A stretch of 63,805 nucleotides of DNA, counting the filler, from Octopus bimaculoides (taxonomy: Eukaryota): NCBI RefSeq assembly GCF_001194135.2. It is 6 parts of 5 records of this genome, joined end to end, with 100 filler letters (N's around TTAATTAATTAA, not from the genome) between each part and the next. Parts side by side here need not be neighbours in the genome. Positions count along the whole stretch, not along the records: positions 22,451 to 50,484 come from NC_068986.1; positions 50,585 to 53,055 come from NC_068986.1; positions 53,156 to 58,255 come from NC_068982.1; positions 58,356 to 62,533 come from NC_069004.1; positions 62,634 to 63,805 come from NW_026347182.1; 1 more part is not named here. One strand, given 5' to 3'. Shown here piece by piece: positions 49,709 through 63,805 of this stretch. Position 1 is the first letter of the stretch, and each line of letters opens with the position of its first letter. The position numbers and the translations under genes were made by a program. Under the pieces are notes generated by a model, which ran no database searches, was not told the origin of the DNA, and was given only the letters and a program-made list of their open reading frames with translations.

Positions 49709-50584
49709 TATATATATATNNNNNNNNNNNNNNNNNNNNNNNNNNNNNNNNNNNNNNNNNNNNNNNNNNNNNNNNNNNNNNNNNNNNNNNNNNNNNNNNN
49801 NNNNNNNNNNNNNNNNNNNNNNNNNNNNNNNNNNNNNNNNNNNNNNNNNNNNNNNNNNNNNNNNNNNNNNNNNNNNNNNNNNNNNNNNNNNNNNNNNNNN
49901 NNNNNNNNNNNNNNNNNNNNNNNNNNNNNNNNNNNNNNNNNNNNNNNNNNNNNNNNNNNNNNNNNNNNNNNNNNNNNNNNNNNNNNNNNNNNNNNNNNNN
50001 NNNNNNNNNNNNNNNNNNNNNNNNNNNNNNNNNNNNNNNNNNNNNNNNNNNNNNNNNNNNNNNNNNNNNNNNNNNNNNNNNNNNNNNNNNNNNNNNNNNN
50101 NNNNNNNNNNNNNNNNNNNNNNNNNNNNNNNNNNNNNNNNNNNNNNNNNNNNNNNNNNNNNNNNNNNNNNNNNNNNNNNNNNNNNNNNNNNNNNNNNNNN
50201 TATATATTTAAAAATACAAATATACATACATATAAATTTATATATGCATATTTGCATATATATCTATCTATGCTTAAATGCATACATGTTTTGTATGCGT
50301 ATATTTATATTTACACAAACACACACACACACACACACACAAACACACACTAAGAGTCACATGCAAACATTTTGGCATGCCTGCAAACGGTCATAAGCAT
50401 AAACGCATACATGCATGCATGTACACACACACATACACACATATGTGTGTGTGTGTGTGTATGTATGTGTATATACATATATATNNNNNNNNNNNNNNNN
50501 NNNNNNNNNNNNNNNNNNNNNNNNNNNNTTAATTAATTAANNNNNNNNNNNNNNNNNNNNNNNNNNNNNNNNNNNNNNNNNNNN

Positions 50585-50620
<36 letters not shown>

Positions 50621-50861
50621 GTACGCATATATATATATATGTACATATATGTACGCATATATATACACACATACACATATATATATACATAGATGTGTGT
50701 TTGTGCGTGTATAAAAAAAATATATGCTTACAAGCGCACATACATATCTACAAAGATACATAGATATATAATTGTATATATATACATATATGTGTGTGTG
50801 TGTGTTTGTATGAGATATACATGCACATACATAGATGTGTATGTATGCATGTATGTATGTA

Positions 50862-50910
<49 letters not shown>

Positions 50911-51237
50911 ACTTAGAGAAAGCAAGCAAATCAAAGATGGCGCCTCTGTTTCAGCCTTTAAGTAATTAACACGTTCAAATAGACATGTTGGAAAAGGCCA
51001 ACAGCAAGCACAGACAAACCTCAGGAAACTGTCATATCTGATTGCTACAAACGTATCATTGACAATTGCTGTTCTATACCGCAGAGGATTGAACCAGAGA
51101 ATCAGCCAACCAGCCATCAAATAAATGGTTACGATTGTCAAATTCGACGTTTCGGTTTTCCTTTTTTTTCTTTCTTCATTATCGGATTTTCATTTTCTTT
51201 TCAATAAAGGATTTGTCATTGATTTAACATATTATCT

Positions 51238-51322
51238 TTGTGTGTGTTGTTGTTTTTGAGGCTGTTGCTGTTGTTGAGATTGTTGTTGTCGAGATTGTTG
51301 TTGTTGGTGTTGTTATTGTTCT

Positions 51323-51365
<43 letters not shown>

Positions 51366-51780
51366 GCTCTTTTTCTCCTCCTCCGCCTCCTTCTTCTTCT
51401 TCTTCTTCTTCTTCTTCTTCTTCCTTCTCCTTTTCCACTTCTCCGCTTCTTTTCTTGTTTTTATTCTTCCTCCCCTCCTCCTCCACTTCCTCTTCTTCTT
51501 ACCCCTCCTCTTCTTCTCATTTTCTTCTTCCTTTTCCTCTTCCTTTTCTTCACCTTCCTCCCCTTGTTTTGTTTTGTTGTTGTTGTTGTTGTTGTTCTTC
51601 TTCTTCTTCTTCTTCTTCTTCTTCTTCTTCTTCTTCTTCTTCTTCTTCTTCCTCTTCTCCTTCTTCTTCTTCTTCTTCTTCTTCTTCTTCTTCTTCTTCT
51701 TCTTCTTCTTCTTCTTCTTCTTCTTCTTTCTATTCTTCTTCTTCTTCTTTCTATTCTTATTTTATCATTATCATTAGTAG
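51238..51780. repeat. compound low-complexity tract (TTG)n/(CTTT)n/(CTT)n
   Basis: Read directly. The ORFs called here are poly-L/F/S/R artefacts. Confidence 0.95.
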
Positions 51781-52142
51781 TGTTTGATGGGGAAAGGCTT
51801 ATTAGCGGTGTAAATATTATTAATAGTAGTAGTAATATTGGAGCTGGTCGTGTTAGTAGTGGTGGTGGCCGGCAATCGCAGTGGAGGCTGTTGTTCTCAT
51901 TGTTAATATCAATCATTGAACCTTCAGATTGTTTGATATGACTCACCACCAAACAATTTGCATATGTACGTATGTATGTATGTATATATGTATGTATTAT
52001 GTATGTATGTAGGAATGTGTGCATGTATGTGTATATATGAACATGTATGTGTGTATAAATATGCATATGTATTTATTTTGTATGTATCAATCAATTTATC
52101 TCCTTCTGTGTCTTTCTCTTTCTGTCTGTCTCTCTCTCTCTC

Positions 52143-52173
<31 letters not shown>

Positions 52174-52804
52174 NNNNNNNNNNNNNNNNNATATTAAAGT
52201 AATGCGTTAATGGACGTAATACATTTATAGAATCCGATACAATCTGTTTCATGGTCGGATTCTCGGTGACTAAACGGGTTTACCCTCGCCCAGTTTTTTT
52301 TTCCGATGAGGAGGGTTGCAAGAAATACAACATTATAGAAAAAAAAAAAGGTTCTTGTTCTCAACGTCATCATTCGCACAACAACTCATCATTAAAATTT
52401 TAAACAGAACTTGCAAATTTTTATTGTTTCACATATCGCATCCATCTGTAACATGAATCGTTGAGTTTGATTTTTGTTTTCTCTTCAGGAATTCTAGTTT
52501 AGCGACAGCTCGATACAGCTGGAATCATAAATATATATCCTGTCACTCCAATAATAATCCTTTCTGCTATAAGCACAAGGCCTGAGATTTAGTGGGAGGG
52601 GTAAGTCGATTACATCGAAAGGATGAAAGGCAAAGTCGACCTCGGCGGAATTTGAACTCGGAACATAGCGGCAGGCTAAATACCGCTAAGCATTTCGCCT
52701 GGCTGCAAACGATTCTGTCAGATCGTTGCCTTTGTCATTCCAATGATAATAATAATAATAACAACAATAATAATAATAATGATAATAATAATAATAATAA
52801 TAAT

Positions 52805-53055
52805 GCACTCACACCTTTAACAGAATTGCTAAATAGAACTGGATGCGGTTACAAATGCTATGGAAAAACAGTCAGCCACCTTCTATATATGAATGACCTA
52901 AAATTATATGCAAAAAACGACAAAGAGCTAGAAACACTACTACAGACACTACACGGCTTTACCAAGGAAATAGAAATGAAATTCGGATTAGAAAAATGTG
53001 CCAAAGCAACCCTGAAAAGAGGAAAATTAGTTAAAAGTAGCAATATAACACTAGA
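52805..53055 (+). mobile_element. R4/Dong-clade non-LTR retrotransposon RT fragment
   Basis: ALTPLTELLNRTGCGY...VSHLLYMNDLKLYAKN...IEMKFGLEKCAK matches the R4/Dong HLLYMDDLKLYA / GMxFGLDKC signature. It starts directly after (TAA)n. Confidence 0.8.
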
Positions 53056-53164
53056 NNNNNNNNNNNNNNNNNNNNNNNNNNNNNNNNNNNNNNNNNNNNT
53101 TAATTAATTAANNNNNNNNNNNNNNNNNNNNNNNNNNNNNNNNNNNNNNNNNNNNATATATATA

Positions 53165-53417
53165 TTGGGTTGGTGCATAATTATTGCGGCATTTTTTCAG
53201 CAAATTTTATTCAGCAAAAATGATAACAAAATGTAACAAAAACATCTATAAATGATTATTCCGGAGCATATTCACCATCTCCTTCAATTACTGCTTCCCA
53301 TTTGCTTGGCAGACGATCAGACCGCCATTTAAAGACGTCTTCGTTAAATATTGTTATTGCAGTTGTTGAATAAAATTTATTGAAAAAAAAAATTTTTAAA
53401 CCCCAAAACGCCGCAAT
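53165..53417 (-). mobile_element. short mariner deletion derivative
   Basis: TA then ttgggttggtgcataattattgcggc TIR, and a partial opposite end gccgcaata. Minus-strand C-terminal remnant RLPSKWEAVIEGDGEYAPE*. Confidence 0.6.
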
Positions 53418-55482
53418 ACACATACACATACACATACATTTAATGCAATATATGTATATAATATATCTTATTTCGGTTTATATATAATTGTGAAAACCCT
53501 ATCAATTTTCCATGCGCAACATGCCTTGGCCCCGAAATGTGAAACTCCGAGTAGCAAAATTCAACGATAATATTATGTTATTAATCTGTACCGTGGTAGT
53601 CAACACTAAACGTTATACATATGCATACATACACACATGCATGCATCGTGACTACATGTATACGTGCATATACGCATTCTCTTTGATTACGACGACGTGG
53701 GTTCCAGTTTTTCCAATCATGAGGACAGCCTACTTGTGAAATTAACGTGCAAGTTCACAGACATGTATACCCTTAACGCATTTGTCAGGGAGATTCAGCA
53801 TGACACAGAACGTGACAAAACGGACCCTTTTGAATTACAGGTACAACTCATGTTTTGCCAGTTGAGTGGACTGGAGCAACGTGAAGCAAAGAGTCTTGCT
53901 GAAGAACACAATGCACCGTCAGATATCGGACTCCTGACTTTACGATCGTCTGTGGAATACGCTCACTACACACGCTTTACAAACATACATAATACATACA
54001 TACATAATACATACATTACATAAATACATACATACATACATACACAAAAATACCCTGTTGTTGAAATTCCAAATGAAAGAGCCTTGGATCCAGGTTAGAA
54101 ACTGGCACTTTCTCTATTGGCAAGAAATATTGAAATAAAACTGAACAATGACATACATACAAACATCTCTATATGTTATATATATTAAATATATTTGCAT
54201 ATGTGTGTACGTGTCCACATTTGTATGTGTGTGTGTATGTGTTTGCGTATGCACGTAGTGTGTGGATGTATGTATATGTGTGGGTGTGCGTGCGTGGGTG
54301 TATGTGTGTGTGTGCGTGTGTGTATTTGACAGGTATTAGTTAACTATTTTAATGTACAAACAATAACAGTTTTTTAGAAATATTTGTTAAAAACAAGCGA
54401 AATCCTAACAAATGGAAAACCATTTGGGATTCATTTTCATGTTTATCTGATTGTTTGTTCGTTGCACAACTGGGATCACAAAATCGCAGAATTAATGTCT
54501 TTGCATTTTTCCTAGAAATTTGATCAGAATTTCGGAATTCTAATTTCGCAATATATTCCACTCCCACTCTGCCTCAGCCAGTATGTATGTGGTAGTGGTG
54601 GCGGGGGGAGGAGGGCTTATTTGTATATTTATTTATGATTTTATTTATTTGATTTACTTATTAATTTCCCTGTATGAACATTCTTTCGTCCATTGCTTAA
54701 CAATGTTGACAATATGTAGAAATGGTATTTCACACGTTCTTTAGTTCCATTCTAGAATTTCATTTATATTTTGTTCCTTTCAATGAGAGAATAAAATCAA
54801 AAAATGGAAATAGCAAAGAAAGAAATAATGGACAAGTAAATAAATAAGCTATTTCGAAAATGAATATTGATATCAACATTGCAATGATGACCATCGTGAA
54901 ATCTCGCCCAATGGTCTGTAAAATATTCCCGCTTGAGGGCTGGTGCCATGTGTCGGGTTGGGAAAGATTCCTTTCTATTATTCACTGCCAAGACTCAGCC
55001 GAAACTTAGCATATAGTGGAAAGGTTGACAGACACGATTGGGGATGCAGGCTTTGCGATAGAATGCTTGGTTTATCAAGTTCCTGAAGGATTGCTCGAAT
55101 CGAGGGAAGCGAACAGAAAACACGCGTATTGCAAGATTCGTGGCAACGTCACTTGTAACCGTGCCGCACTTTGTAAAGTGGTTGGCATGAGGAAAAACAT
55201 CCGGCTGTAGAAACCATGGCAGAAATGACAGTGGAACCTGGTGCGGCTGCAGGTCTTACCAGATCCTGTCAAAACCGCCCAACACATATCAGGTTGGAAA
55301 ACGTACGTTAAAAGGTGATGATGATGATGATGATATAAGTATATATAGGTATATCTGTCAGTATATATATATATATATATATNNNNNNNNNNNNNNNNNN
55401 NNNNNNNNNNNNNNNNNNNNNNNNNNNNNNNNNNNNNNNNNNNNNNNNNNNNNNNNNNNNNNNNNNNNNNNNNNNNNNNNNN

Positions 55483-55513
<31 letters not shown>

Positions 55514-56221
55514 ATACACACACACACACACAGACACACAATACATACAGTATGTTCAGGTGTGCGTGTATGTATGCATAGAGTTCTGTTTTGTATTTTT
55601 TTTTCAAGAAATCTTTCGTACGTGCGTCAAATTATTTGACGCTCGTACGAAACGTATAAAGTAAATGTAGAGGAGATATTAGCAAGCACACTCACACACG
55701 CACAGATACTTGTGGTTGTACAAGAATCTCTCTCTCTCTCTCTCTATCTTTATATCTATTTGTCTATCTTTATATCTATCTAGCCATCTAGCCCAGCCCC
55801 TTTTGACGCAGTAAGTAATGCACAAACCTCTGTGTCAGTACTCACTATAGAACCCTTTTATAGTGATATGTCGTATATGAAATGTTTTTTTTTTTTTACT
55901 ATAGAATACAGTGCAATATATAATATTGCTTCAGCTCTTCAACTCTTGTATAATGGATGTGCTATGAATGCCTTCGGGACGTTAGTGAATATTGTGCGGT
56001 TTGTGTTGGTGATGTTACGCAAAAATGGTTCCTATTTCTTTTTTCATTATGGAAAATATTATCGGTATTTTTCGTGTCAGCAGTTAATGACGTACATGCA
56101 ATAATAAAGTCATGTGTATGTATGTATGTGTGCATGTATGTATGTATGTGTGCATGTATGTATGTATATGTTCATGAATGTATGTGTGTGAGATATATAT
56201 ATATATATGGACATGTGTTCG

Positions 56222-56445
56222 TGTTATTTCTTTACTACCCACAAGGGGCTACTCACAGAGGGGACAAACAAGGACAGACAAACGGATTAAGTCGATTACA
56301 TCGACCCCAGTGCGTAACTGGTACTTAATTTATCGACCCTGAAAGGATGAAAGGCAAAGTCGACCTCGGCGGAATTTGAATTCAGAACGTAGCAGCAGAC
56401 GAAATACCGCTAAGCATTTCTCCCGGCGTGTTAACGTTTCTGCCA
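56222..56445 (-). mobile_element. young, near-complete family A SINE with the long tail variant
   Basis: Head, core and tail (gtccttgtttgtcccctctgtg...ccccttgtgggtagtaaagaaata) are all present with CpGs retained. Confidence 0.9.
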
Positions 56446-56795
56446 CCACACACACAAACACATATATATGTATATGTGTTTGTGTGTGTGTATGCATGTG
56501 TGTGTGTAAGTGTGTAATTGTAAGACCCAAGGATCTATGTGTAAGCGGTTAATGAGCTTCGAGTAGTCCGTGGTAGGTATGAAGAGAAAAACACAACTAT
56601 CAGGAACAATAATATTTTATTGACGTCAAAGGTTGTCGGCTTTTCCCATATCAACGTTCTGTAAGGTGAAAAGGGGTCTTTTTTTTATATAATTCACAGT
56701 TAGCAACTAGGGTTGCTATGAATACGAACAAAAAATATAAACTGAGGGAATGCATTCCTTCAGTTTCGATATATATATATATATATATATACCTG

Positions 56796-56866
<71 letters not shown>

Positions 56867-57181
56867 ATATATATATATATATATANNNNNNNNNNNNNNN
56901 NNNNNNNNNNNNNNNNNNNNNNNNNNNNNNNNNNNNNNNNNNNNNNNNNNNNNNNNNNNNNNNNNNNNNNNNNNNNNNNNNNNNNNNNNNNNNNNNNNNN
57001 NNNNNNNNNNNNNNNNNNNNNNNNNNNNNNNNNNNNNNNNNNNNNNNNNNNNNNNNNNNNNNNNNNNNNNNNNNNNNNNNNNNNNNNNNNNNNNNNNNNN
57101 NNNNNNNNNNNNNNNNNNNNNNNNNNNNNNNNNNNNNNNNNNNNNNNNNNNNNNNNNNNNNNNNNNNNNNNNNNNNNNNNN

Positions 57182-57221
<40 letters not shown>

Positions 57222-57882
57222 TGTATGTATATGAATATGTGTGTGTGCATGTGTGGTTGGGTGTGTCTATGTATAGTTGCATGTGTATATATATTTCATC
57301 TCAGAAATTCAGTTGATCATTTCTATATCTAAGTAGAAAAATATAACTGAAAAAGTTGTTCTTATGCTATTTTATTCTTTTATCTTTTTCAGCCTAAATT
57401 CTGTGGCCATGCTGGATACCGCCAAAATCGTCACATTCAATAAAATCCTCCATATAGTCTACATACAGAAAATTAATAGGAATAATTGAATAATATATAA
57501 TATACATCAGTAATATTTAGTTGAATTGGATACTTAAGTTGAGATCCCACGTTACGTTGGAATGATATATACATAAACACTATTATGTAAACGACCGCTT
57601 TGGTACAGAAGTACCGGCACAATGACAACCCTGTAGCGCAGGCAACGGATTTGAACCAGCAGAGTATATAATCCGCTGTTGAACTATTCAGACATGTATG
57701 TTTTATTAAATATACAATCCATGATATTCTACGGAATTTGCGAAGGGCATGTTCCCAGAAACGACCGTAATGAATTGACACCTGTCTTTGAATTGTTACT
57801 TATACACACAGACATACATACAGACACACACACACACACCCACACACACACAGACACACACACACACTCACATACACACACA

Positions 57883-57984
<102 letters not shown>

Positions 57985-58210
57985 ATATATAAATATTTGT
58001 TATGTTTATACGTACATAGCGCAGAATGTGGCTGTGTTGTAAGTAGTTTGCTTCCCAACCACATGGTTCCAAGTTCAGTCCCACTGTGTTGCACCTTGGG
58101 CAACTGTCTTCTACTATAACCTCGAGCCGACCAAAGACATGCGAGTGGATTTGGTAGATGGAAACTGAAAGAAGCCCGTCGTATATATATATATATATAC
58201 ATATATGTGC

Positions 58211-58255
<45 letters not shown>

Positions 58256-58355
58256 NNNNNNNNNNNNNNNNNNNNNNNNNNNNNNNNNNNNNNNNNNNNT
58301 TAATTAATTAANNNNNNNNNNNNNNNNNNNNNNNNNNNNNNNNNNNNNNNNNNNN

Positions 58356-58388
<33 letters not shown>

Positions 58389-58647
58389 GTGTGTGTGTGC
58401 TTGAATGTTTGGGGAGGTTTGTTCTTGCTGGAACATTTTTACCACAGAGCTATTACTAATGGTGGGTGTTACCGGCAGAAATGCTTCCTTTGTGTTGTTG
58501 ACAACAACAAACGACAACAACAAAAAACAACAACAACAACAACAATAACGACAACTCACAATAACAAAGTTCAGGTAGCAAAATCAGGAGAAAGAAAGAA
58601 TTATTATCATCATTATTATTATTATTATTATCAGTATTATTATTATC

Positions 58648-58690
<43 letters not shown>

Positions 58691-59024
58691 GAAAAATAAT
58701 GGAATTGAGAAGACACATGAGAAGAGCAATTGAAAATGTTAATAGTCCATGCAGTCTTTGAGGAAATTCGATTCTTCATTCTTCATTCTTCATTTATTCT
58801 ACGTATGTATGTATGAATGTATGTATGTTTGTATGTATGTACGTACGTATGTACGCATACATATGTATGTATTCCTTTATATTGTTAATACATCGTGCAT
58901 GTTGTTTGATAACACATCCACCAGTATGGATTCTACTTGAATTATGCATATGTATACACACCTACACACACATGCCCACACACATACACACACACGCGCA
59001 TACATGCATACACACATATATACA

Positions 59025-59055
<31 letters not shown>

Positions 59056-60084
59056 GCGCAAACATACATACACACACGCACACACATATATATGTAGATA
59101 TTTATATGTATGTATAAACATATATATGTATATGTATATATAAATATACATACGCAATGTGTGTGAATGTGTGGGTATGTATATGTGTCTTTACTAGCAG
59201 TCATGAATTCACTATAAATAATTTCAATATATTAATTGTAAAAGATTCTGGTAATCATCATTTGATCAGAGAATGTTGATTCACTCGGAAGTGTTGCATC
59301 CAAACCGATCAGAACACGACCCAAGTTGAACATCAGAAAAATAATCTTCGATTCGAATCGCCTTAGCAGATTTCTTCCAAACAATGTCAAAGTCTTTGTC
59401 CTCACGGATAGGCCATTAACATACGCTCCATCCTCTCATATTACACTTTAACCATCACATTATGTTTGTCTCTCATATACCAAACTACTGCTACAGGAAA
59501 CAGCAATAAATATATAACTGGCAGAAATACATTTATTATATTTCTCTCATAGATTTACACTAAAAACAGACAGCAAAGATAACACTTGTACATTTAATAT
59601 GTTCATTTTGTTTTTTAAGTCATCCAGGCTGAACTTTTCTCAAAATCATTTCAACGGCATTCTAATAGACAAGTAACGAAAATAAATATATCGATTAAGA
59701 ATGCGTATTTATTCTCCAACCATCTCTCAACGATTTATCGTTACATTCTATTGTATGCTACACACACACATACACACACATACACATGCGCGCATGCACC
59801 TATATCTAGCAAATGGCACTCCGTCGGTTACGACGACGAGGGCTCAAGTAGATCCAAACGAAGGAACAGCTTACTCGTGAAATTAATGTGCAAGTGGCTG
59901 ATCACTCCACAGACACGTACAAAATTAACGCAGTTCTCAGGGAGATTCGGCGTGATACAGAATGTGACAACGCTGGCCCTTTAAGATACGTGTACTACTC
60001 ATTTTGCCGAGAAGACTGGAGCTACTAAGGCAGTTCTGCTAAGATAAGTATTGGTTTAATTATTTTGAGCCAGAGACGTAGAGA

Positions 60085-60480
60085 AGATCCATGCAGTTGA
60101 AACACCCCTCCTCACCAGCTCCAAAGAAGGCCAAGGTTGTTTCATCTGCAGTTTTTTTTTTGGGTGGGTGGGTGGTGCAAAAGGCATTGTGCTTATTGAT
60201 TATCTTCGAAAGGGCTACAACAGCAATGGAGAATACCATGCTAACTTGCTGAGACAGTTATGAAATGCTACCAACATCAGATCCCCAGGAAAACTGATGA
60301 ATGGGATCTAATTTCAACAGGACAATGCTCCAGCACATAAAATCCTCGGTTTCAATGGCTGCTGTGCGTGACTATGGCTTTCAACTGGTTGATCACGCAC
60401 CCGTTTGTCCTCATTTGTGCCCATTTGGCTATCATCTGTTCCCCAACATGAAAAAACACTTGGCTGGTAAAGTTGCCCTC
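60085..60480 (+). pseudogene. mariner transposase catalytic-domain remnant
   Basis: PAPKKAKVVSSA, KGIVLIDYLRKG...YHANLLRQL, FQQDNAPAH and HAPVCPHLCPFGYHLFPNMKKHLAG. Confidence 0.75.
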
Positions 60481-62043
60481 GGCAAAAATATGAACTCAAA
60501 ACGCAACAACAGACGAAATGACGCTAAGCATTTTCTCAGACTTGCTCACGATTCTGTCACCTCACTGCTTTACAAATACTGCAAAATAATAAAATCTGAA
60601 AAGGGAAGCCAAGTTTTTTTTCACTTCAGAATTAGAAAATACTTCAGCTCCAATAGTTATTCACACTTTACAAAGCTCATTGGTGACCCACAGTAGAGTA
60701 CGGCTCAACACTTTGCATGGCACTGCTTTTATACACACAGACTAAACATGCTATCTGTGTCTCTAAAGAGGTCATCTGTACCCGATAGATTGGTGTGTAG
60801 TCTTTCGACAGCTTCTCTCCAATGGACACGCCGTTCAACCATTTCCGCTGTAATTCCAATGTTCTCGCCTCATCGGAGCGAGCTCGACTCTTAACAATAC
60901 CGCAGAGGTATTCCACTCTATACATCTCTCTTCTTCCACTTTCCACCCTTCACCCACGAGTCTTATAAAAAACCCTTAAAATGCAGAACTATTTAAGGTG
61001 ATGCTCTAGCATGGCCGTAGTCTTATGAGTGAAACCATTAAAAAAAAGAACTCTTTTTCAATATCTTTCTTCAAGCGTGGCTGAGTGATAAGAAGCTTGC
61101 TTCCCAACAACACGGTTCCGAGTTCAGTCTCACCACGTGGCACTTTGGACAAGTGTCTTCTATTGTTTCGGGCCGACCAAAAACTTGTGAGTGAAACTGA
61201 AAGAAGCTCGTCGTATATGTGTGTGTCTGTCTGTCTGTCGTCCCACCGCTGAACAACCGGTGTTGGTATGTTTACGTCGGCAAAAGAGACCGATAGAATA
61301 AGTAGTACTAGGCTTAAAAATAAAAATAAAAACAAGTACTGGGGTGGATTCATTCGATTAAAAAATATTCTTCAAGGTGGTACCCCAGCCTGGGCGCAGT
61401 CTAATCACTGAAACAAGCAAAAGATAAAAGGTAAAAGATAAATCAACAGTTTTCCACCCTGTTGATGACTGTTTGATACAACATGAAAACTTCAGGTTCA
61501 TGGAAGTGTTTACATACTTAAAGGCTTTGCATTAATGTAGGCAACAACTAGAGGAAACACGAAACAGAAAAGAAAAAAAGTAAATTAAATAATAAAAAGC
61601 AATAAATATATATATGCAATAAATAAATATATCGAAAACCTCATCAAGAAACAATTCATCCACAACTAAAATCTCTGCAAAATCAACTGTAAAGAACAAA
61701 AAAATTATAACAAATAAAACAAAAATAAAAATAATGAAAAACAGCAGCCATATTTAAATCAGAACAGTTTATGGCTTTCTTATCGTTATTTCCCAAATTT
61801 GTTTTTTTTTTTGCAGTGAACGCCATCATCTCTCTTTCTATGTTCCCTTCGTTTCACGTTAGCTGTATTGATATTAATTCCCTGTTAATTTGCTTAATTA
61901 ATCCATAACAGGGAGGTTTTAATTAAAAATTTCAGAATTCCTCGTTAACTTAACAGAGAACCTTTCTGAGTTAGAAAAGAGATTGAGAGAGAGAGAGAGA
62001 GAGGGGGGGAGAAAAGAAAGAAGAAAAATAAAGAAAAATGGGG

Positions 62044-62076
<33 letters not shown>

Positions 62077-62495
62077 TATAGATAGACAAACGGACAGATA
62101 GGGAGGTAGGTAGGTAGGTAGATAGGTAGATAGATAGATAGATAGATAGAATTATACACACATCAACATTGAGAGCGAAGGAGAGAGAGAGAGAAGAAAG
62201 ATAGGGCTACATGAAGTGGAGGAATTAATAAAAAGACTGAGAGTATGAGGAGAAGGTTTATTTACCGATCCCATTTCATTAGGGAAACCAAAGGATCAAA
62301 TTCCAATGCCGTCGTAATAGATCGCATCGTAACAGTACGTATATACAATACAGTGATACGTGCATATATACACGCATGCACGTTTGTAACATATATAAAT
62401 ACACATATATATAACACACACACGTAAATATGTATATATACATATATATGCTACATATATATATATATATAACACATATAAACATATATATATAC

Positions 62496-62533
<38 letters not shown>

Positions 62534-62633
62534 NNNNNNNNNNNNNNNNNNNNNNNNNNNNNNNNNNNNNNNNNNNNTTAATTAATTAANNNNNNNNNNN
62601 NNNNNNNNNNNNNNNNNNNNNNNNNNNNNNNNN

Positions 62634-63805
62634 AGCCCTAACCCTAACAGTAGGCCTAACACTAACCCTAAACCTAAACCTAAACCTAACCCTGACTCTA
62701 ACCTTAACCCTAACCCTAACCCGAAACGTAACCCTAACTCTAACCATAACATAACCCTAACTCTAAACATAACACTAACCCTAATCCTAACCCTAATCGT
62801 AAGCCTAACCCTAACCCTAACCCTAACTCTAACCCTAACCCTAAACCTAACCCNNNNNNNNNNNNNNNNNNNNNNNNNNNNNNNNNNNNNNNNNNNNNNN
62901 NNNNNNNNNNNNNNNNNNCCCCAACCCTAACCCTAACACTAACTCTAACCCTAACCTCAAACCTAAACCTAACCTTAACCGTAACCGTAACCCTAACACT
63001 AACCCTAACATTAACCCTAACACTAATCCTAGCCCTAGCCCTAGCCCTAAACCTTACCCTAACCCTAATCCTAAACCTAACCCTAACCATAACACTAACA
63101 CTAACCCTAACCCTAACTCTAACCCTAACACTAACTCTAACCCCAGCCCTAACCCTAACCCTAAACCTAACCTTAACACTAACCCTAACCCGAAGCCTAA
63201 CCCTAGCCCTAACCCTAGCCATAACCCTAGCACTAACCCTAGCCCCACCCCTCACCCTAACACTAACCCTANNNNNNNNNNAACCCTAGCACTAACCCTA
63301 GCCCCACCCCTCACCCTAACACTAACCCTAACACTACACCTAACCCTAACCCAAACCCTAACCTTAACTCTAACCCTAACCCTAAACGTAACACTAACCC
63401 AAACCCTAACTTTAACCCTAGCCCTAACCCGAGCCCTAACACTAGCCCTAGCCGTAAACCTAACCCTAACCTTAATCCTAACCCTAAACCTAACCCTAAC
63501 CCTAACAATAACCGTAACCAAAGACCTAACCCTAACCCACACCCTAGTCCTAACCCTAGCCCTAGCCTTAAAACTAACCCTAACCCTAAACCTAACCCTA
63601 ACCCTAACACTAACGCTAAACCTAACCCTAACTCTATCCCTAACCCTAACCCTAATCCTAAACCTAACCCTAGCACTAGGCCTAGCCCTAACACTAACAC
63701 TAGCCTTAACCCTAGCCCCAACCCTATCCCTAACCCTAGCCCTAAACCTAACACTAACCCTAACCATAAACCTAACCCTAACCCTAACCGTAGCCCTAAC
63801 CCTAA
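62634..63805 (+). repeat. degenerate telomere-like (CCCTAA)n array
   Basis: Hexamer register with CCCTAA plus many variants (CACTAA, ACCTAA, CCCTAG, CTCTAA, CCGTAA, CCTTAA); two internal N gaps. Confidence 0.9.

Noticed and set aside
59240-59500. Protein-like text WPIREDKDFDIVWKKSAKAIRIEDYFSDV on the minus strand
   Set aside because: Bounded by stops and not confidently assigned. It is weakly reminiscent of hAT transposase, and would need tBLASTx to call.
63223-63330. Exact 49-nt direct repeat within the telomere-like array
   Set aside because: The copies flank a 10-N gap; most likely unmerged overlapping contig ends.

Overview
This is an AT-rich, gap- and microsatellite-rich metazoan scaffold. 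The repeat families look octopus-like (inference, not verified). I can support one host gene: the last two coding exons of mitochondrial methionyl-tRNA formyltransferase (MTFMT) on the minus strand (16904-16976 and 8887-9173). I did not find its 5' exons. Most of the rest is transposon debris: at least three SINE families, RTE, CR1-like, R4/Dong and L1/Tx1 LINE fragments, Penelope-like elements, several Tc1/mariner/maT elements and a hAT fossil. A degenerate (CCCTAA)n block ends the window. Five 44N-TTAATTAATTAA-44N blocks are assembly linkers. The three strongest signals are: (1) a core-intact type I hammerhead ribozyme (14888-14948, minus) lying sense in the last MTFMT intron between ~80-bp inverted repeats; (2) a diverged relative (39409-39466) with compensatory stem changes and an ~80-bp terminal redundancy, suggesting a non-coding, retrozyme-like or Penelope-derived family with palindromic, dimer-type stem III; (3) a circularly permuted, unit-length 5S rRNA copy (36658-36776). 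All protein and RNA family calls come from manual motif recognition; no database search was run.
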